Assembly: GCA_050949565.1 (NCBI GenBank)
Contig: JBMNFY010000015.1
Coordinates: 68,722-132,721 of the forward strand
Direction: 5' to 3'
From: Kiritimatiellia bacterium
Lineage (GTDB): Bacteria > Verrucomicrobiota > Kiritimatiellia > RFP12 > UBA1067
Length of the DNA: 64,000 nt
Shown here: positions 1 to 10,240 of the stretch, piece after piece
Layout of the letters: every line of letters starts with the position of its first letter
How positions within the stretch are numbered: position 1 is the first letter of the stretch
The notes under the pieces: generated by a model
What the model saw: the letters and a program-made list of their open reading frames with translations, nothing else
Databases searched by the model: none
Told to the model about the DNA's origin: nothing
Translations under genes and position numbers: made by a program

Positions 1-1053
1 GTAACGGCTGCGTTGCGCATCAAACGCCGCAGCCCGCGCGGCATCATCGGCCACGCACGAATCCGCGAGACGCCGCGAATCAGCCTCGATGTCGTACACC
101 GCCAGCACCAGTTCGCGTAGCACATCCTCATCGGTGCGCCCCGCCGCATCGCCACGCCACAGCGGCAACGGCGGCTCCGGCAATGTGAACGGATAGGTGG
201 CTGGCACACCGAGAAAATCGCAGGCGCGCCGATAGACAATCGCTGTGCCGTTCACCTTGCCCTCGTACGCATGCCCCGCGATGTGCGGGGTCGACAACGC
301 GGTACGCGTCAGCAGTTCTGGACGGTAGGCCGGCTCGCCCTCCCAACAGTCGATCACCGCGTGCGACACATGACCGCTATCCAAAGCCGCCAGCAGCGCA
401 TCGGTCGCGACCACCGGACCGCGCGCCGCATTGATGAGCACCGCGCCTGGACGCAGGCGCGCGAGCCGCGCCGCATCCAAAAGATGGAAGGTAGCATCTT
501 GTCCGTCGCGCGTGAGCGGCACATGACAGGTGATGACATCCGACTCCTCCAACACGCGTTCAAGCGAAACGAACGCGGCGGCCTCGGCGTCAGCCGGATC
601 ACGCTGGCGCGGCGGATCATTGGCCAACACGTGCATCCCGAGCGCCCGCGCATGCACGCAAACCCGGCGACCGACATTCCCCACGCCGATCACCCCCAGC
701 GTACGGCCCGCGAGCGTCAATCCGGTCCGTCCGCCCAGCCAGAGCAATGCCGCCGTGATGTAAGTCGCGACACTCTCCGCATTGCAACCCGGTGCGCCGG
801 TCCAGACAATACCGCGCGACGCCAAGTAGGGAATGTCGATGTGGTCGGTTCCGATCACGCCCGATCCATAGAAGCGTACCGCGCTGCCGTCAAGCAGCCC
901 GGCGTTGATCCGCGTGGTCGAGCGCGTGATCAGAAGTTCGGCGTCACGTACGTCATCGGCCGCGATCTGGCGACCGTCCTTGAGCATCACCTTGCCCAGC
1001 GTGCCGAATGCCTCAGCGGCATAGGGCATGTTTTTATCGCACACGATTTTCAT
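1..1053 (-). CDS. pdxB: 4-phosphoerythronate dehydrogenase (runs off window start)
   Basis: Manual translation from ATG at 1053: MKIVCDKNMPYAAEAFGTLG...LITRSTTRINAGLLDGSAVRFYGSGVIGTDHID, the typical PdxB N-terminus. Absent from the ORF track because no stop codon falls in the window. Confidence 0.85.
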   Translation of the reverse strand, partial: MKIVCDKNMPYAAEAFGTLGKVMLKDGRQIAADDVRDAELLITRSTTRINAGLLDGSAVRFYGSGVIGTDHIDIPYLASRGIVWTGAPGCNAESVATYITAALLWLGGRTGLTLAGRTLGVIGVGNVGRRVCVHARALGMHVLANDPPRQRDPADAEAAAFVSLERVLEESDVITCHVPLTRDGQDATFHLLDAARLARLRPGAVLINAARGPVVATDALLAALDSGHVSHAVIDCWEGEPAYRPELLTRTALSTPHIAGHAYEGKVNGTAIVYRRACDFLGVPATYPFTLPEPPLPLWRGDAAGRTDEDVLRELVLAVYDIEADSRRLADSCVADDAARAAAFDAQRSRY

Positions 1054-1079
1054 AGCGTTCCCCGGAAAGGTCAGTCCCA

Positions 1080-2114
1080 TCAAAAGAAACTCATGCTGGT
1101 CTTCTTAAACTCCTTGACCGAGAGCAACACCTGTCCGTCCGCCAGGCCCGCCTCACGTGTCAGACGCTCATAGAGTTGCTGCGTCTTAAGCCACTCCGAC
1201 GTATGGATCATGGCGTAGAGCCGGAAGGGAAAGATGTCCATGCGCGGTCTTTCGTAACAATGGGTGACCTCCGGGAACGCCGCCACCCGGCGCCCTGCCG
1301 CCGCCACCTCTTCCTCCGGCATATCCCAGCAGCACATGCCGTTCGCCTTAAATCCGATCTTGCGGTGGCGTAGCAATAGTCCGAAACGACGCAGCACGCC
1401 GGACGTCTGCCAATCACGGAGCCGTTCGAGAAGGTCTCCCTCTGTCATGTCGAGTTGTTCCGCAGCGTCCTTGTAGATACGCGCGCTGACCGGCACATCT
1501 CCCGCTAGCGTGCGCACAATCGCACGATCCTTTTCACTCAGCGCGACAGTACAGGTGGACTCGCCGCGTACCGGCGGCAAACGCGACTCCACCCGCTCAT
1601 CGCGGTCGCGCGTGCGGAGATCAAAGACCACATCGATCTTAAATCGCCGCGTGGCCGGCAGTTCATGGATGCCGTACGGTTGGCATGCGGTACGCAACCG
1701 CTGCAATTCATCAGCAAAATCCGCACCCGGCGCGGCTAACGTAAACCACAGATTCGGCCAACTCCGGTCGCCCGGGCCGCCCGGTAGATCACGTGGCAAC
1801 TCCTCCGGCCAACCGCGCTCATAGGCGTGGGTTACACCGCGCACGGCCGACACCTTCTCCGCCACATCCGCCAGCCGGACACGCGGCACCGTCATGGCAC
1901 ACAACGCACTACGGTAACCCAGACGACGCGTATCAAAAACCGCCCCAAAGCGGCGCGCTTCACCCGATGCCAACAACCGCCGCACCAACGCCAGCACCGC
2001 CTCTTCAGAAAGCCCGCACAGCGCACCCGTCTCTGCGAACGGTCGTTCTGTCAGCGCGACGCCGCGTTGAAGTGCCACCAGCGCCGCCGCCTCCTGTTCA
2101 CTGAAATCAAGCAT
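1080..2114 (-). CDS. Fused siroheme decarboxylase (AhbA/AhbB; NirD/L/G/H-like, Lrp/AsnC fold)
   Basis: Two tandem Lrp-like halves (RRFGAVFDTRRLGYRSALCAM...VTHAYER; RRFGLLLRHRKIGFKANGM...VTHCYERP...EFKKTSM). Start placed at MLDFSE. Confidence 0.85.
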   Translation of the reverse strand: MLDFSEQEAAALVALQRGVALTERPFAETGALCGLSEEAVLALVRRLLASGEARRFGAVFDTRRLGYRSALCAMTVPRVRLADVAEKVSAVRGVTHAYERGWPEELPRDLPGGPGDRSWPNLWFTLAAPGADFADELQRLRTACQPYGIHELPATRRFKIDVVFDLRTRDRDERVESRLPPVRGESTCTVALSEKDRAIVRTLAGDVPVSARIYKDAAEQLDMTEGDLLERLRDWQTSGVLRRFGLLLRHRKIGFKANGMCCWDMPEEEVAAAGRRVAAFPEVTHCYERPRMDIFPFRLYAMIHTSEWLKTQQLYERLTREAGLADGQVLLSVKEFKKTSMSFF

Positions 2115-2232
2115 TATCCCTCTCCGAGTCAGGTCGAAAATCGCTTTACAGTAGCAAAAGCGCGGGAGCGTGTCCAAATCCGCTCAGCCCCCCCTTTGCT
2201 TGTTTTTGTCGTACCTATCGCGCCGTAAGGCA

Positions 2233-3096
2233 CTAACGGCCAAAAGCGTCGGCCGGCAAAAACGGAAACAGCCAGCTCTGCTCCTCCGGCGTGGGCTGAT
2301 AACCGTATTCGCTCAGCTCGTAAGCTTCGGCGTAACGTATGCGTTCGGCCTCGGCCTTACCGTACACCTCCACGAGCCGCGCACGGAACCTTTGCGCGTC
2401 ATAACTTTTACGCGGCACCATCCAGTGCTTCATGATGAACGCTTTCCGCCCCTCGCGGTCATCCGGCGGCGGCAGCTCTGCTCCAAGCCCCTTGTCAAAC
2501 ACCAGCCACTCGAAAAACTGTGACTCGTGCGAACAGAGCGCCTCGATCAATTGCTCCATGACATCATCAATGCGCAGGATGACGTCGGGCCGCAGTTCAG
2601 ACGGCTTGCGGAAAGAATCACGCAGAAAATAAATCGCGGGCTTGACCGAAGGTATCGGCGTTTCCGGACACCACAGCGGCACGCCCAACAAATAGGCGGA
2701 GTCCATCACCAACGTGCCGACCGCCCTGTGGTCAGCATGGTAATCGCACGTGCGATGCGTAATAACCAAGTGAGGCGCGAACCCTCGGATGAGGCGCGTC
2801 ACCTCTTTACGCATCTCGAGCGTCACCTCTAGCTCACAGTCATGGTGATTGAGAACCCGGTACTCGTCGACGCCCAGGATCGTCTTCGACCGCTGCGCCT
2901 CCTGATACCGCCGCGCGGCGAGCGCCTCCGGCGACATCGACATGTGCCCCTTGTCGCCATTGCACATTGAGACGAGCTTTACCGTCGCCCCGACCTTCAC
3001 AAAGTTCAGAGCCAGTCCGCCGCCCGTGATGTCCGGATCATCCGGATGCGCCCCGATGATCATCACCCGTAAATCTTGTGGTTCGACTTTTTTCAT
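2233..3096 (-). CDS. PIG-L family deacetylase
   Basis: GAHPDD motif, DYHADH motif, and HESQF near the C-terminus. Confidence 0.9.
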   Translation of the reverse strand: MKKVEPQDLRVMIIGAHPDDPDITGGGLALNFVKVGATVKLVSMCNGDKGHMSMSPEALAARRYQEAQRSKTILGVDEYRVLNHHDCELEVTLEMRKEVTRLIRGFAPHLVITHRTCDYHADHRAVGTLVMDSAYLLGVPLWCPETPIPSVKPAIYFLRDSFRKPSELRPDVILRIDDVMEQLIEALCSHESQFFEWLVFDKGLGAELPPPDDREGRKAFIMKHWMVPRKSYDAQRFRARLVEVYGKAEAERIRYAEAYELSEYGYQPTPEEQSWLFPFLPADAFGR

Positions 3097-3155
3097 ACCC
3101 TACCCCATCGTTCAAGGCACTAAGCGAGCTGCACCCGCTTCTTGTCTCGTTGATA

Positions 3156-3440
3156 TTACACCTTCTCTGCCGCCTTTTGAAGCCTGTGATTGCGATAGAA
3201 AAAAGCGAGGTCGGTACCGACCATCACCAGATTGAAGAGATAGAGCCAGACCGCACCGTCAACCCGTTCCTGCCAGAACAATTTATGGCAAAGACCGAAG
3301 ACATAACCGGCAAAGACAATCAGCATGAAAAACAGGCTCTTGCCTTTATTTGTCCGCGACCGCCACGATTTCAAAATCGAAACCGGCCAAGCCGCACCGA
3401 AACAAACCAGCATCATCGCCTCAAAAACCGGAAACCGCAT
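3156..3440 (-). CDS. Small 3-TM membrane protein, PQ-loop/SemiSWEET-like
   Basis: CFGAAWPVSILKSWRSRTNKGKS followed by hydrophobic helices; AAGGAG RBS upstream. Confidence 0.6.
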   Translation of the reverse strand: MRFPVFEAMMLVCFGAAWPVSILKSWRSRTNKGKSLFFMLIVFAGYVFGLCHKLFWQERVDGAVWLYLFNLVMVGTDLAFFYRNHRLQKAAEKV

Positions 3441-3636
3441 ATGCTCCTTTCATTTCTTCATGCTTTACCTTTCTTCAATCCCAAATCCAAGATCATAAAT
3501 CACGCTGGCAAAACAGATGCGCGAGAATTACCATATCACCGGACATCACACAATTGAAAACGTTGTTTTAGCGTGAACACATTGTACCGAAACACATCTT
3601 GTCCGAAGGTCGGCAATTTGATTTGATTGGGGCGTC

Positions 3637-5616
3637 TTGAGGAGGCACCTATTGAACAAATACTTTTCTTTCGTGCTGATACTGGCCGCTGGTGTGGCAA
3701 TCGCGGTGGCACCTGAACGGACGTACCCTTTCAAGCAGCCGGCCAAGATGGAGATGTTGCGGCCGGGCGAAGTGCAGCCGCAGGGCTGGCTGCGCGACTG
3801 GTGCGTCACCGCGAAAAACGGGTACATCTCGCGCATGGACGAGGTGGATCAGGCTTTTCCGCGGGCGTGGAACCGTGACTTCCACCCGCGCGGCAAATAT
3901 CTCGACTGGGTCGACCCGAATAAGGGTGCCTGGTGTACAGAGGGCGGCGCGTACTGGTTCGAGGGGCTCGTGCGTCTCGCGTGGGAATTGGACGACGCGG
4001 ACTTGAAGGCGTATGCGAAGCAACGTTTGGAGCCGCTGCTGGAGCGGATGAATCCGAAAGCGATCGCATTCGTCTACTGGATGGACCGCACCGATCCCAA
4101 GCAGATGGAGGAGATCGAGCGGGCGAACCACGGATTCATCGTGGGCGCGAGCGGACGCACCACGCGCGCCATGCTCGCCTACTGGGAGGCGACCGGCGAT
4201 GAACGCGCGCTCCGCGCGCTCAAGTGGTGTCTCGACGATCCGCGCTTCTACTTCTTCGGCAACCCCATCACGCTGCCAGCGGCGGGATGCGACACGTGGC
4301 GCTACTGCGGCGATGAAAAGCTCGCGGCGGCAATCGACAACTTTTTTGCCACGAAACCCTATCCGGAACGGTGGCCCGCCATGCGCTACGGCCTGCCCGT
4401 CAAGCCGGAGGCCATCCACATGCGCGCACGCACGGACAGCGATCCCAACCACAACTGGGAGTGGCGTTTGCAGCATGGGGTTCTCTGTTTCGAAAGTATG
4501 CTCTCTTGGGTCAAGGGAACGCTCTGGACCGGCGATGGCAAATACCTTGCGAATGTGCGCTCTTGGCTCGACTTTCAGGAGAAGCATACACGCCAGCCGC
4601 ACGGTGTCACCGTGGCGGACGAACAGTTCGGCTGGGCCGGCCCAAACCGCGGAACAGAGACGTGCACCGTGGCGGGAGACATCCTCCTCTACGCGACGCT
4701 CGCCGGTGTGACGGGTGAGGGACGTTTCGCGGATCATGTCGAACGTAGCTTCTTCAACGCCGGAGCGGCGTGCGTGTCGCGCGACTTCATGCGCCATGTT
4801 TACTTCCAGAGTCCGAACCGTGTCGAAGCGCACGGCAAGTTTCACGCCGGTCCCGGCGGTCAGGGCGGTATTTTCAAGACGAAACACTGGCCGCTCTGCT
4901 GCACGGCGGCGCTTACGCGTATCCTGCCGGGATACGTGCAATGGATGTGGATGAAACCTGCTGAAGGCGGGCTCGCCGCAATACTCTACGCGCCGAACAC
5001 GCTTGAAACCGAACTCGACGGCACGACGGTGAAGATCGAAACGACGACAGATTATCCGTTCAACGAGACGCTGGAGATGTCCGTAAAGACCGGCAAACCG
5101 ACTACGTTCCCGCTGAAATTGCGCGTGCCGGAATGGTGCGATAAGCCGACGATCGCGGTGAACGGCGCCCCCGCGAACCTCATTGTGGGTCCCGACGGTT
5201 TCACCGTTCTGGACCGCGAATGGAAGACCGGCGAGAAGGTGACGCTGAAGTTCCCGATGGCCGCGCGATTCGAAACGATGCGCGACTACAACAATGGCGG
5301 CAAGCCGTATTGCAGCGTCTCGTACGGTCCGCTCCTCTTTGCGTACGGGCTTCCCGAAAAGGACGAAAACACGGCAGTCGAAGGCGCGCGCAAAGAGTGG
5401 AAACTCGACTCGTCCCAATCCGCCGCCGCCATTGAAGTCGCGCGTGTGCCGATGCCCGCAAAGTGGGATTGGCCGCTCGATGCGCCGCTCAAACTGCGGA
5501 CGAAAGCGGCAGACGGCGCCGCGCTTGAACTTGTGCCGTACGGCTGCGCGAGGCTGCGCATCTCGATGTTCCCGGATGTTTCGCCGAAGTTGCCGCATTG
5601 TGAGAGGGTAAAATGA
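3637..5616 (+). CDS. Secreted GH127/GH146-like beta-L-arabinofuranosidase-domain protein
   Basis: Signal peptide; GEVQPQGWL; catalytic-type TETC and CCTA motifs; TDYPF; LRVPEW; LVPYGCARLRIS. Confidence 0.8.
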   Translation: MRRHLLNKYFSFVLILAAGVAIAVAPERTYPFKQPAKMEMLRPGEVQPQGWLRDWCVTAKNGYISRMDEVDQAFPRAWNRDFHPRGKYLDWVDPNKGAWCTEGGAYWFEGLVRLAWELDDADLKAYAKQRLEPLLERMNPKAIAFVYWMDRTDPKQMEEIERANHGFIVGASGRTTRAMLAYWEATGDERALRALKWCLDDPRFYFFGNPITLPAAGCDTWRYCGDEKLAAAIDNFFATKPYPERWPAMRYGLPVKPEAIHMRARTDSDPNHNWEWRLQHGVLCFESMLSWVKGTLWTGDGKYLANVRSWLDFQEKHTRQPHGVTVADEQFGWAGPNRGTETCTVAGDILLYATLAGVTGEGRFADHVERSFFNAGAACVSRDFMRHVYFQSPNRVEAHGKFHAGPGGQGGIFKTKHWPLCCTAALTRILPGYVQWMWMKPAEGGLAAILYAPNTLETELDGTTVKIETTTDYPFNETLEMSVKTGKPTTFPLKLRVPEWCDKPTIAVNGAPANLIVGPDGFTVLDREWKTGEKVTLKFPMAARFETMRDYNNGGKPYCSVSYGPLLFAYGLPEKDENTAVEGARKEWKLDSSQSAAAIEVARVPMPAKWDWPLDAPLKLRTKAADGAALELVPYGCARLRISMFPDVSPKLPHCERVK

Positions 5617-8552
5617 AAAAATGCCTGTTGCCGATACTTGTGTTGTTGTTGGGCTGTTCCACTATTCCGTCAGGGCGCGATAACGTCATCAGCCGCACGC
5701 TTGAGTTCCGTCAGTATTCGCCAGTGCCCGCAGCCAACGGGGAGACCGACCTCAAGGGCAAGACCTCGGTTTTCGACAATACGCAACGCATAGCGTTCCT
5801 CAAGACCTATTGCGACTATGCCTCCGCTTGGTACGGTGACTCGCAACTTGATTCAAAGGTGGCACCTGAACAGGAGATACGGGCACTGATAGCGAGTATC
5901 AAGCCCCAACCGCTCCCGGAAACTCGGACCGTCAAGCGCCTAGAACAGTGGCAGGCGCTCGGTGTCCGAGAGGGTGCGCGTGAAAAAGAGTTGGCGTCGC
6001 TTAAGGTGTGGCAAGGTTACGCTGGATCAAGTGTGGCCGATGGCGTGCTGACCGCGGGCTCCGGCCTGATCCGGCATCGCCTCGCAAAACCCATGGCTTG
6101 GCGTTTCGAGGCCAAGTGGCGCGCAAAGGCCGACCGCTGGAGCGAGTGCGCTTTCGCGCTTTCACAAGACGGCAAGGATTGCGTGTGCGCAGGCTTCGGT
6201 GCGGACGGCAAGTTGTTCTGCGTCTCAGCTGGAAAACGTCGAAAGCTCGCCGGTTATCAAAAGGGCAAATGGATGGAATTCCATGTCGAGGTCGACGTGC
6301 AGGAGCGGGAATTCAACCTGTATGTTGACGGCGCGCGCCTCGTCTATGGAGCCGCCCTTGCCGACAATAACGTCACCCAAGCCGACACCTTTGCAATCAA
6401 ATCCTCCGGCACGGTACAGGTGGACTCGGTGTATGCCCTGAATTACGTGCAGCGCAAAGACGATGTGAGCGTACCGTACGAAGCCGAGCTTTTGGCGGAC
6501 GAGACTTTCGATATCCGCCCGTTGACGGAGGGCTGGACGTTGCCGGATTATGACGATCGCCCTTGGAAACCGGTGGTGCTGCCGTATGCCCATGGCGGCG
6601 TGCGGTTCGCGGGTGAGGATCTGTACCTGCGCAAGAGGGTCAAGGTCGGTCAATTCGCGAAGGCGGTCCTGCGCATCGAGACTCTTGATCCAAGCGGCGA
6701 AATTTATGTGAATGGAAAAAAGGCGGCTGTTATTGACGGACGCCATCCGGTGCGGCTGGACATCACGGAGCATCTGCGTCCCGAAAGTGAAAACCTGCTT
6801 GCTCTTAAGGTCAACCACCGCCTGCTGCCCAACCCGATGCACCACTGTTGCGCGGACTTAAACATCGGCTGGTTTGCTGGACGCGCCCAACTCGAACTGA
6901 GCGACGCGGTTTCCGTCGAGCGTGTGCTGGTCCACACCTCGAAGCTGGAAGCCGACAAGGCGTTCCAAACGCATGCGATCCTGTTCGAGAACCGCTCGCG
7001 TGAGCCGTTCAGTGGCAGCGTCACGATTCATTACGCCCCGTGGACGCCGCGCGAGGGCCGCGCGGTTGCTAAGCACTCCTTCGACATCACTGTGCCTGCC
7101 GAGAACTCGGTCGAACACGCTTTCACCATGTGTCTGGAAAAACCGCAGCTTTGGAACTGGCGTGCCCCCCGCCTCTACAAGGTGCGGGCGGAGTTGCGGG
7201 ATGCGAGTGGCAAGCTTATCGACGACAGCGTCTTGACCACCGGCATACGCACCGTGGAGCAGACCGGCGGGCGGCTGCTTGTGAACGGACAAGAAGAGAT
7301 GCTCAACGGCGTGCAGATCATGGGCTTCAGGATGCCGGTAGAGACTCTAGCGCGCTACAACCGCTGCGCCACTCTTGAACAATTAGCGGAAGAACTAATC
7401 ATGACGCGCAAGTGCGGCTCAAACCTGCTGCGTGTGCATGTCCATGCGGCCGAGGCCACAGCCGACGGCATCAACGATCCCCGCATACCGGAAATGTGCG
7501 ACCAATTGGGTATCATGCTGGCTTGGCAAACGCCGTCTTGGATACGTGAGGGGGCCTGGGAGGCGATTGACTTCACCAACTTTGCCGCTTATGCCCGGCA
7601 GGTTTACAACAGCCCCAGTATCGTGAACTGGGAGCTGAGCAACCACCCCAACAAGTTCAAAGGCAAGGGACTCAAATATTCCACTGATTTTGTCGAGTCT
7701 ACCATGCGTTGCGTGTTGGCGGTTGACTCAAGCCGTCTGATCACGCCGACAACCTTCTGGCAGCACACCCTCATCAAGGATGATCGCGGAACAACAAGTA
7801 AAGACGGTGAAAAGATCAAGGCACCTGACTTGTACACGCATCCGCTCTGTACCAGGGGAACGCAGGATGCCGTGACCGGATACGGTGCTGATTGGGGGAA
7901 ACTCCGGAATTGGCCCCAAGGGTTCTCGCTTGATGTTCTGCAGAACCAGGAACGCCCGTTTTTCAATTGGGAACATGAGGAGAGCATCGCGCAGCCGAAC
8001 TGGGAGCTTTCAAAAGGGAAACCCTGGCACTTGTTCCACTCATACGAGCACGGATATGATGTCGGAAGTATCGGCAGGAAACTTGATTTCGGCGAATGGC
8101 GCGCCAGCCAAGGCTTCCAGGCTTTTGCCGCCTACGAATCAATGAAGAAACAGCGACTGCACGGGGTCGACGGTTTTTCGTGGTGTTGTCTGCGCGGTGG
8201 TGCCAACTCCGGAACCTATAAAAAACCGCTAATCGACTCACTTGGACACGCAAAGCTGGCTTGGCATATTCACAAGACCGTCTTTCAAAGGGTTTTCGCG
8301 GGTAGCGACAATGTCGATGTTGTTTACGGTCCTGATGATCGCATCACGCCGGTCATCATGAATCTCGACGAGGCGAAGACCGTCGATCTTCAGATTATCG
8401 TTCGCAACACTGACGGGCAGGAAGTCCAACGCTTCACCTTTGAAAATATCGCTCTAAAAAATGGGCGCAACGAAACCCGCTTAGAGCCGATCAAAGTCGA
8501 TTTCCCGAAACCCGGCGCTTACGCGATCGAGTATTTGGTGACCGCCTATTAA
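5613..8552 (+). CDS. GH2-like glycoside hydrolase, probable lipoprotein
   Basis: Lipobox LLGC; PQLW...PRLYKV; TGIRTVE...LLVNG; NLLRVH; NSPSIVNWELSN; start overlaps the upstream stop (ATGA). Confidence 0.75.
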   Translation: MKKCLLPILVLLLGCSTIPSGRDNVISRTLEFRQYSPVPAANGETDLKGKTSVFDNTQRIAFLKTYCDYASAWYGDSQLDSKVAPEQEIRALIASIKPQPLPETRTVKRLEQWQALGVREGAREKELASLKVWQGYAGSSVADGVLTAGSGLIRHRLAKPMAWRFEAKWRAKADRWSECAFALSQDGKDCVCAGFGADGKLFCVSAGKRRKLAGYQKGKWMEFHVEVDVQEREFNLYVDGARLVYGAALADNNVTQADTFAIKSSGTVQVDSVYALNYVQRKDDVSVPYEAELLADETFDIRPLTEGWTLPDYDDRPWKPVVLPYAHGGVRFAGEDLYLRKRVKVGQFAKAVLRIETLDPSGEIYVNGKKAAVIDGRHPVRLDITEHLRPESENLLALKVNHRLLPNPMHHCCADLNIGWFAGRAQLELSDAVSVERVLVHTSKLEADKAFQTHAILFENRSREPFSGSVTIHYAPWTPREGRAVAKHSFDITVPAENSVEHAFTMCLEKPQLWNWRAPRLYKVRAELRDASGKLIDDSVLTTGIRTVEQTGGRLLVNGQEEMLNGVQIMGFRMPVETLARYNRCATLEQLAEELIMTRKCGSNLLRVHVHAAEATADGINDPRIPEMCDQLGIMLAWQTPSWIREGAWEAIDFTNFAAYARQVYNSPSIVNWELSNHPNKFKGKGLKYSTDFVESTMRCVLAVDSSRLITPTTFWQHTLIKDDRGTTSKDGEKIKAPDLYTHPLCTRGTQDAVTGYGADWGKLRNWPQGFSLDVLQNQERPFFNWEHEESIAQPNWELSKGKPWHLFHSYEHGYDVGSIGRKLDFGEWRASQGFQAFAAYESMKKQRLHGVDGFSWCCLRGGANSGTYKKPLIDSLGHAKLAWHIHKTVFQRVFAGSDNVDVVYGPDDRITPVIMNLDEAKTVDLQIIVRNTDGQEVQRFTFENIALKNGRNETRLEPIKVDFPKPGAYAIEYLVTAY

Positions 8553-8829
8553 TGCCTTATCGGCCGACAAAACCAATAAAAACAAGTTGTTTTCACCCTC
8601 GTCCTTTTGAAGGCTTACGACGACTACGCGACTACGCGATCGCTCAAAAAACCGGTTGCGGTCATTGCCTGAAAAGGGTACGATCCGAGGCAGATCGTTC
8701 GCAGTGAACGTTCAGCCTGAGCAATGAACGCATGAGATAGAAAAGACCTTTCGCCACGCTGATTTTTGCGCTTTCGCGCGGAGCGGGATTCGCGCCCTTT
8801 CCGTGCAAGAGGGGGGAGGAGTTCCGTCA

Positions 8830-10230
8830 ATGAAAGGTCTTGCCACATTCCAGTGCGCCGCCGTTTTTCTGGCGGCCGCCGCTGCCGCCCTCCTGGTGTC
8901 CGGCGCGGACATCGTCAGCACGGCGGTCCCGCCGCCCGTCTCCGCCGACACCGAGAGATGCGTCCACCTCGCCGTGCCGCCGCTGGCCGGCAAGGACTTC
9001 ATCAAGGTCTCGATGTCTTTCAACGCCTCGCCGTCCAACAGCCTCGCGATCGCCTTCGGCGCGGACGCGGACGGCGACGGCCGGCTCTCGCTGCGCGAGC
9101 AGGCGGCCGGGCTGGGCTGGGACAACGGCGTCTGGTTCGTCCGGCGTCCGGGCGCGTCCGCATGGGAGCGGCTGGAGGAGGCGGGCGCGGCGGGGCCGCG
9201 CCTGCTGGAGGCCGTGCTGTGGCTGCGCTCCGCGACATCCGGCCCGCGCCTCGTCCTGTCGGTCGACGGGACGCCCGCCGCGTGCGGCGCGCGGGCGGCC
9301 GGCTGGGTGCCGCTCTCCGCGCTGGAGAACGGGACGGTGCGCGTGACCGCGCGCGGGCATGGCGTGGAGGGCGCGGGGCGCGTCGCCTTCGCCGGCGGCA
9401 GCACCGGCCCCGAGGTCGCCGTGACCGCGACATCGACCGGCGCCTTCCGGCTGGAGGCCGACATCAAGGGCCTCGTCATCACCCCGCCCCACGTCCGGCC
9501 TTTCTTCACCGGCACCGTCCTTCCCGCCGTCAACGTGCCCGTCACCGTCTGGATCGTGAGAGACGGAAACGGCGAAAACCCTGCCCGCGACGCCGCCGAG
9601 ATCCCCGGTCTTCTGACGGACGCCAACAAGATCCTGTGGCAGAACGGGCTGACACTGGTCCAGAGCGGGACGGTGCATTACGCCGACAATGCCGCATGGC
9701 TGAACCCGAGCAACACCACGCCGGCGGCCGTGCAGAACTTTGACGCCCTCATGGACTGCTCGTCGGGCACCGGCGGCGTGGAGCTTTATTTCGTGCGGAC
9801 GATCACGGGGGGAAACAGGAATCTTAATGGCATCAAACGAGACAAGGGCATTGCCATAGCCGCGATCGGCGATGCGAGCACGATCGCGCACGAGGTGCTG
9901 CACGCCTGCGGCCTCGTCGACATCTATCCCCAGATAACGGTTCTTCCGCAGGAGGATAAGGTCTCCATCCCGGACGTGTGCGCGCCGGAGATGCTGCCGT
10001 CCGACTGGTGCGGCGGTTATTACGAGCCGGGGCTGATGCAGAAGTTCGTGGTCGCCCGCCTGATCATGAGTCCGACGGGTTATGGGAACGTGCCGCTGCC
10101 CCGGGCCGATATCCCGTCAGGGAGTGTGTGGGGATATCGCAATTTCAGTACGACGGGCGATCCGGCCGATGAGTTGGAGTTGAGGAACGTCGGCCTGTCC
10201 GGCTGTCATCAGAATCCGGTCAGCGAATGA
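8830..10230 (+). CDS. Secreted protein with C-terminal zinc metallopeptidase (HExxHxxGxxD) module; full-length head of the cassette array
   Basis: GGAGG RBS; signal peptide; DADGDGRLS EF-hand-like motif; C-terminal VELYFV...TIAHEVLHACGLVDIY...DWCGGYY...RLIM. Confidence 0.75.
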   Translation: MKGLATFQCAAVFLAAAAAALLVSGADIVSTAVPPPVSADTERCVHLAVPPLAGKDFIKVSMSFNASPSNSLAIAFGADADGDGRLSLREQAAGLGWDNGVWFVRRPGASAWERLEEAGAAGPRLLEAVLWLRSATSGPRLVLSVDGTPAACGARAAGWVPLSALENGTVRVTARGHGVEGAGRVAFAGGSTGPEVAVTATSTGAFRLEADIKGLVITPPHVRPFFTGTVLPAVNVPVTVWIVRDGNGENPARDAAEIPGLLTDANKILWQNGLTLVQSGTVHYADNAAWLNPSNTTPAAVQNFDALMDCSSGTGGVELYFVRTITGGNRNLNGIKRDKGIAIAAIGDASTIAHEVLHACGLVDIYPQITVLPQEDKVSIPDVCAPEMLPSDWCGGYYEPGLMQKFVVARLIMSPTGYGNVPLPRADIPSGSVWGYRNFSTTGDPADELELRNVGLSGCHQNPVSE

Positions 10231-10240
10231 GGAGGAGAAC

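Noticed and set aside
271-1173. 300-aa plus-strand ORF
   Set aside because: Antisense shadow of pdxB on the minus strand.
3649-5598. 649-aa minus-strand ORF and similar long antisense ORFs (11823-13136, 24375-25736, 34216-35583)
   Set aside because: Shadows of well-supported genes in GC-rich DNA, with no motifs of their own.
8557-8590. Sigma-28-type promoter (reverse complement of GCCGATAA)
   Set aside because: The -10-like element is present but there is no TAAA -35 element at the expected spacing.
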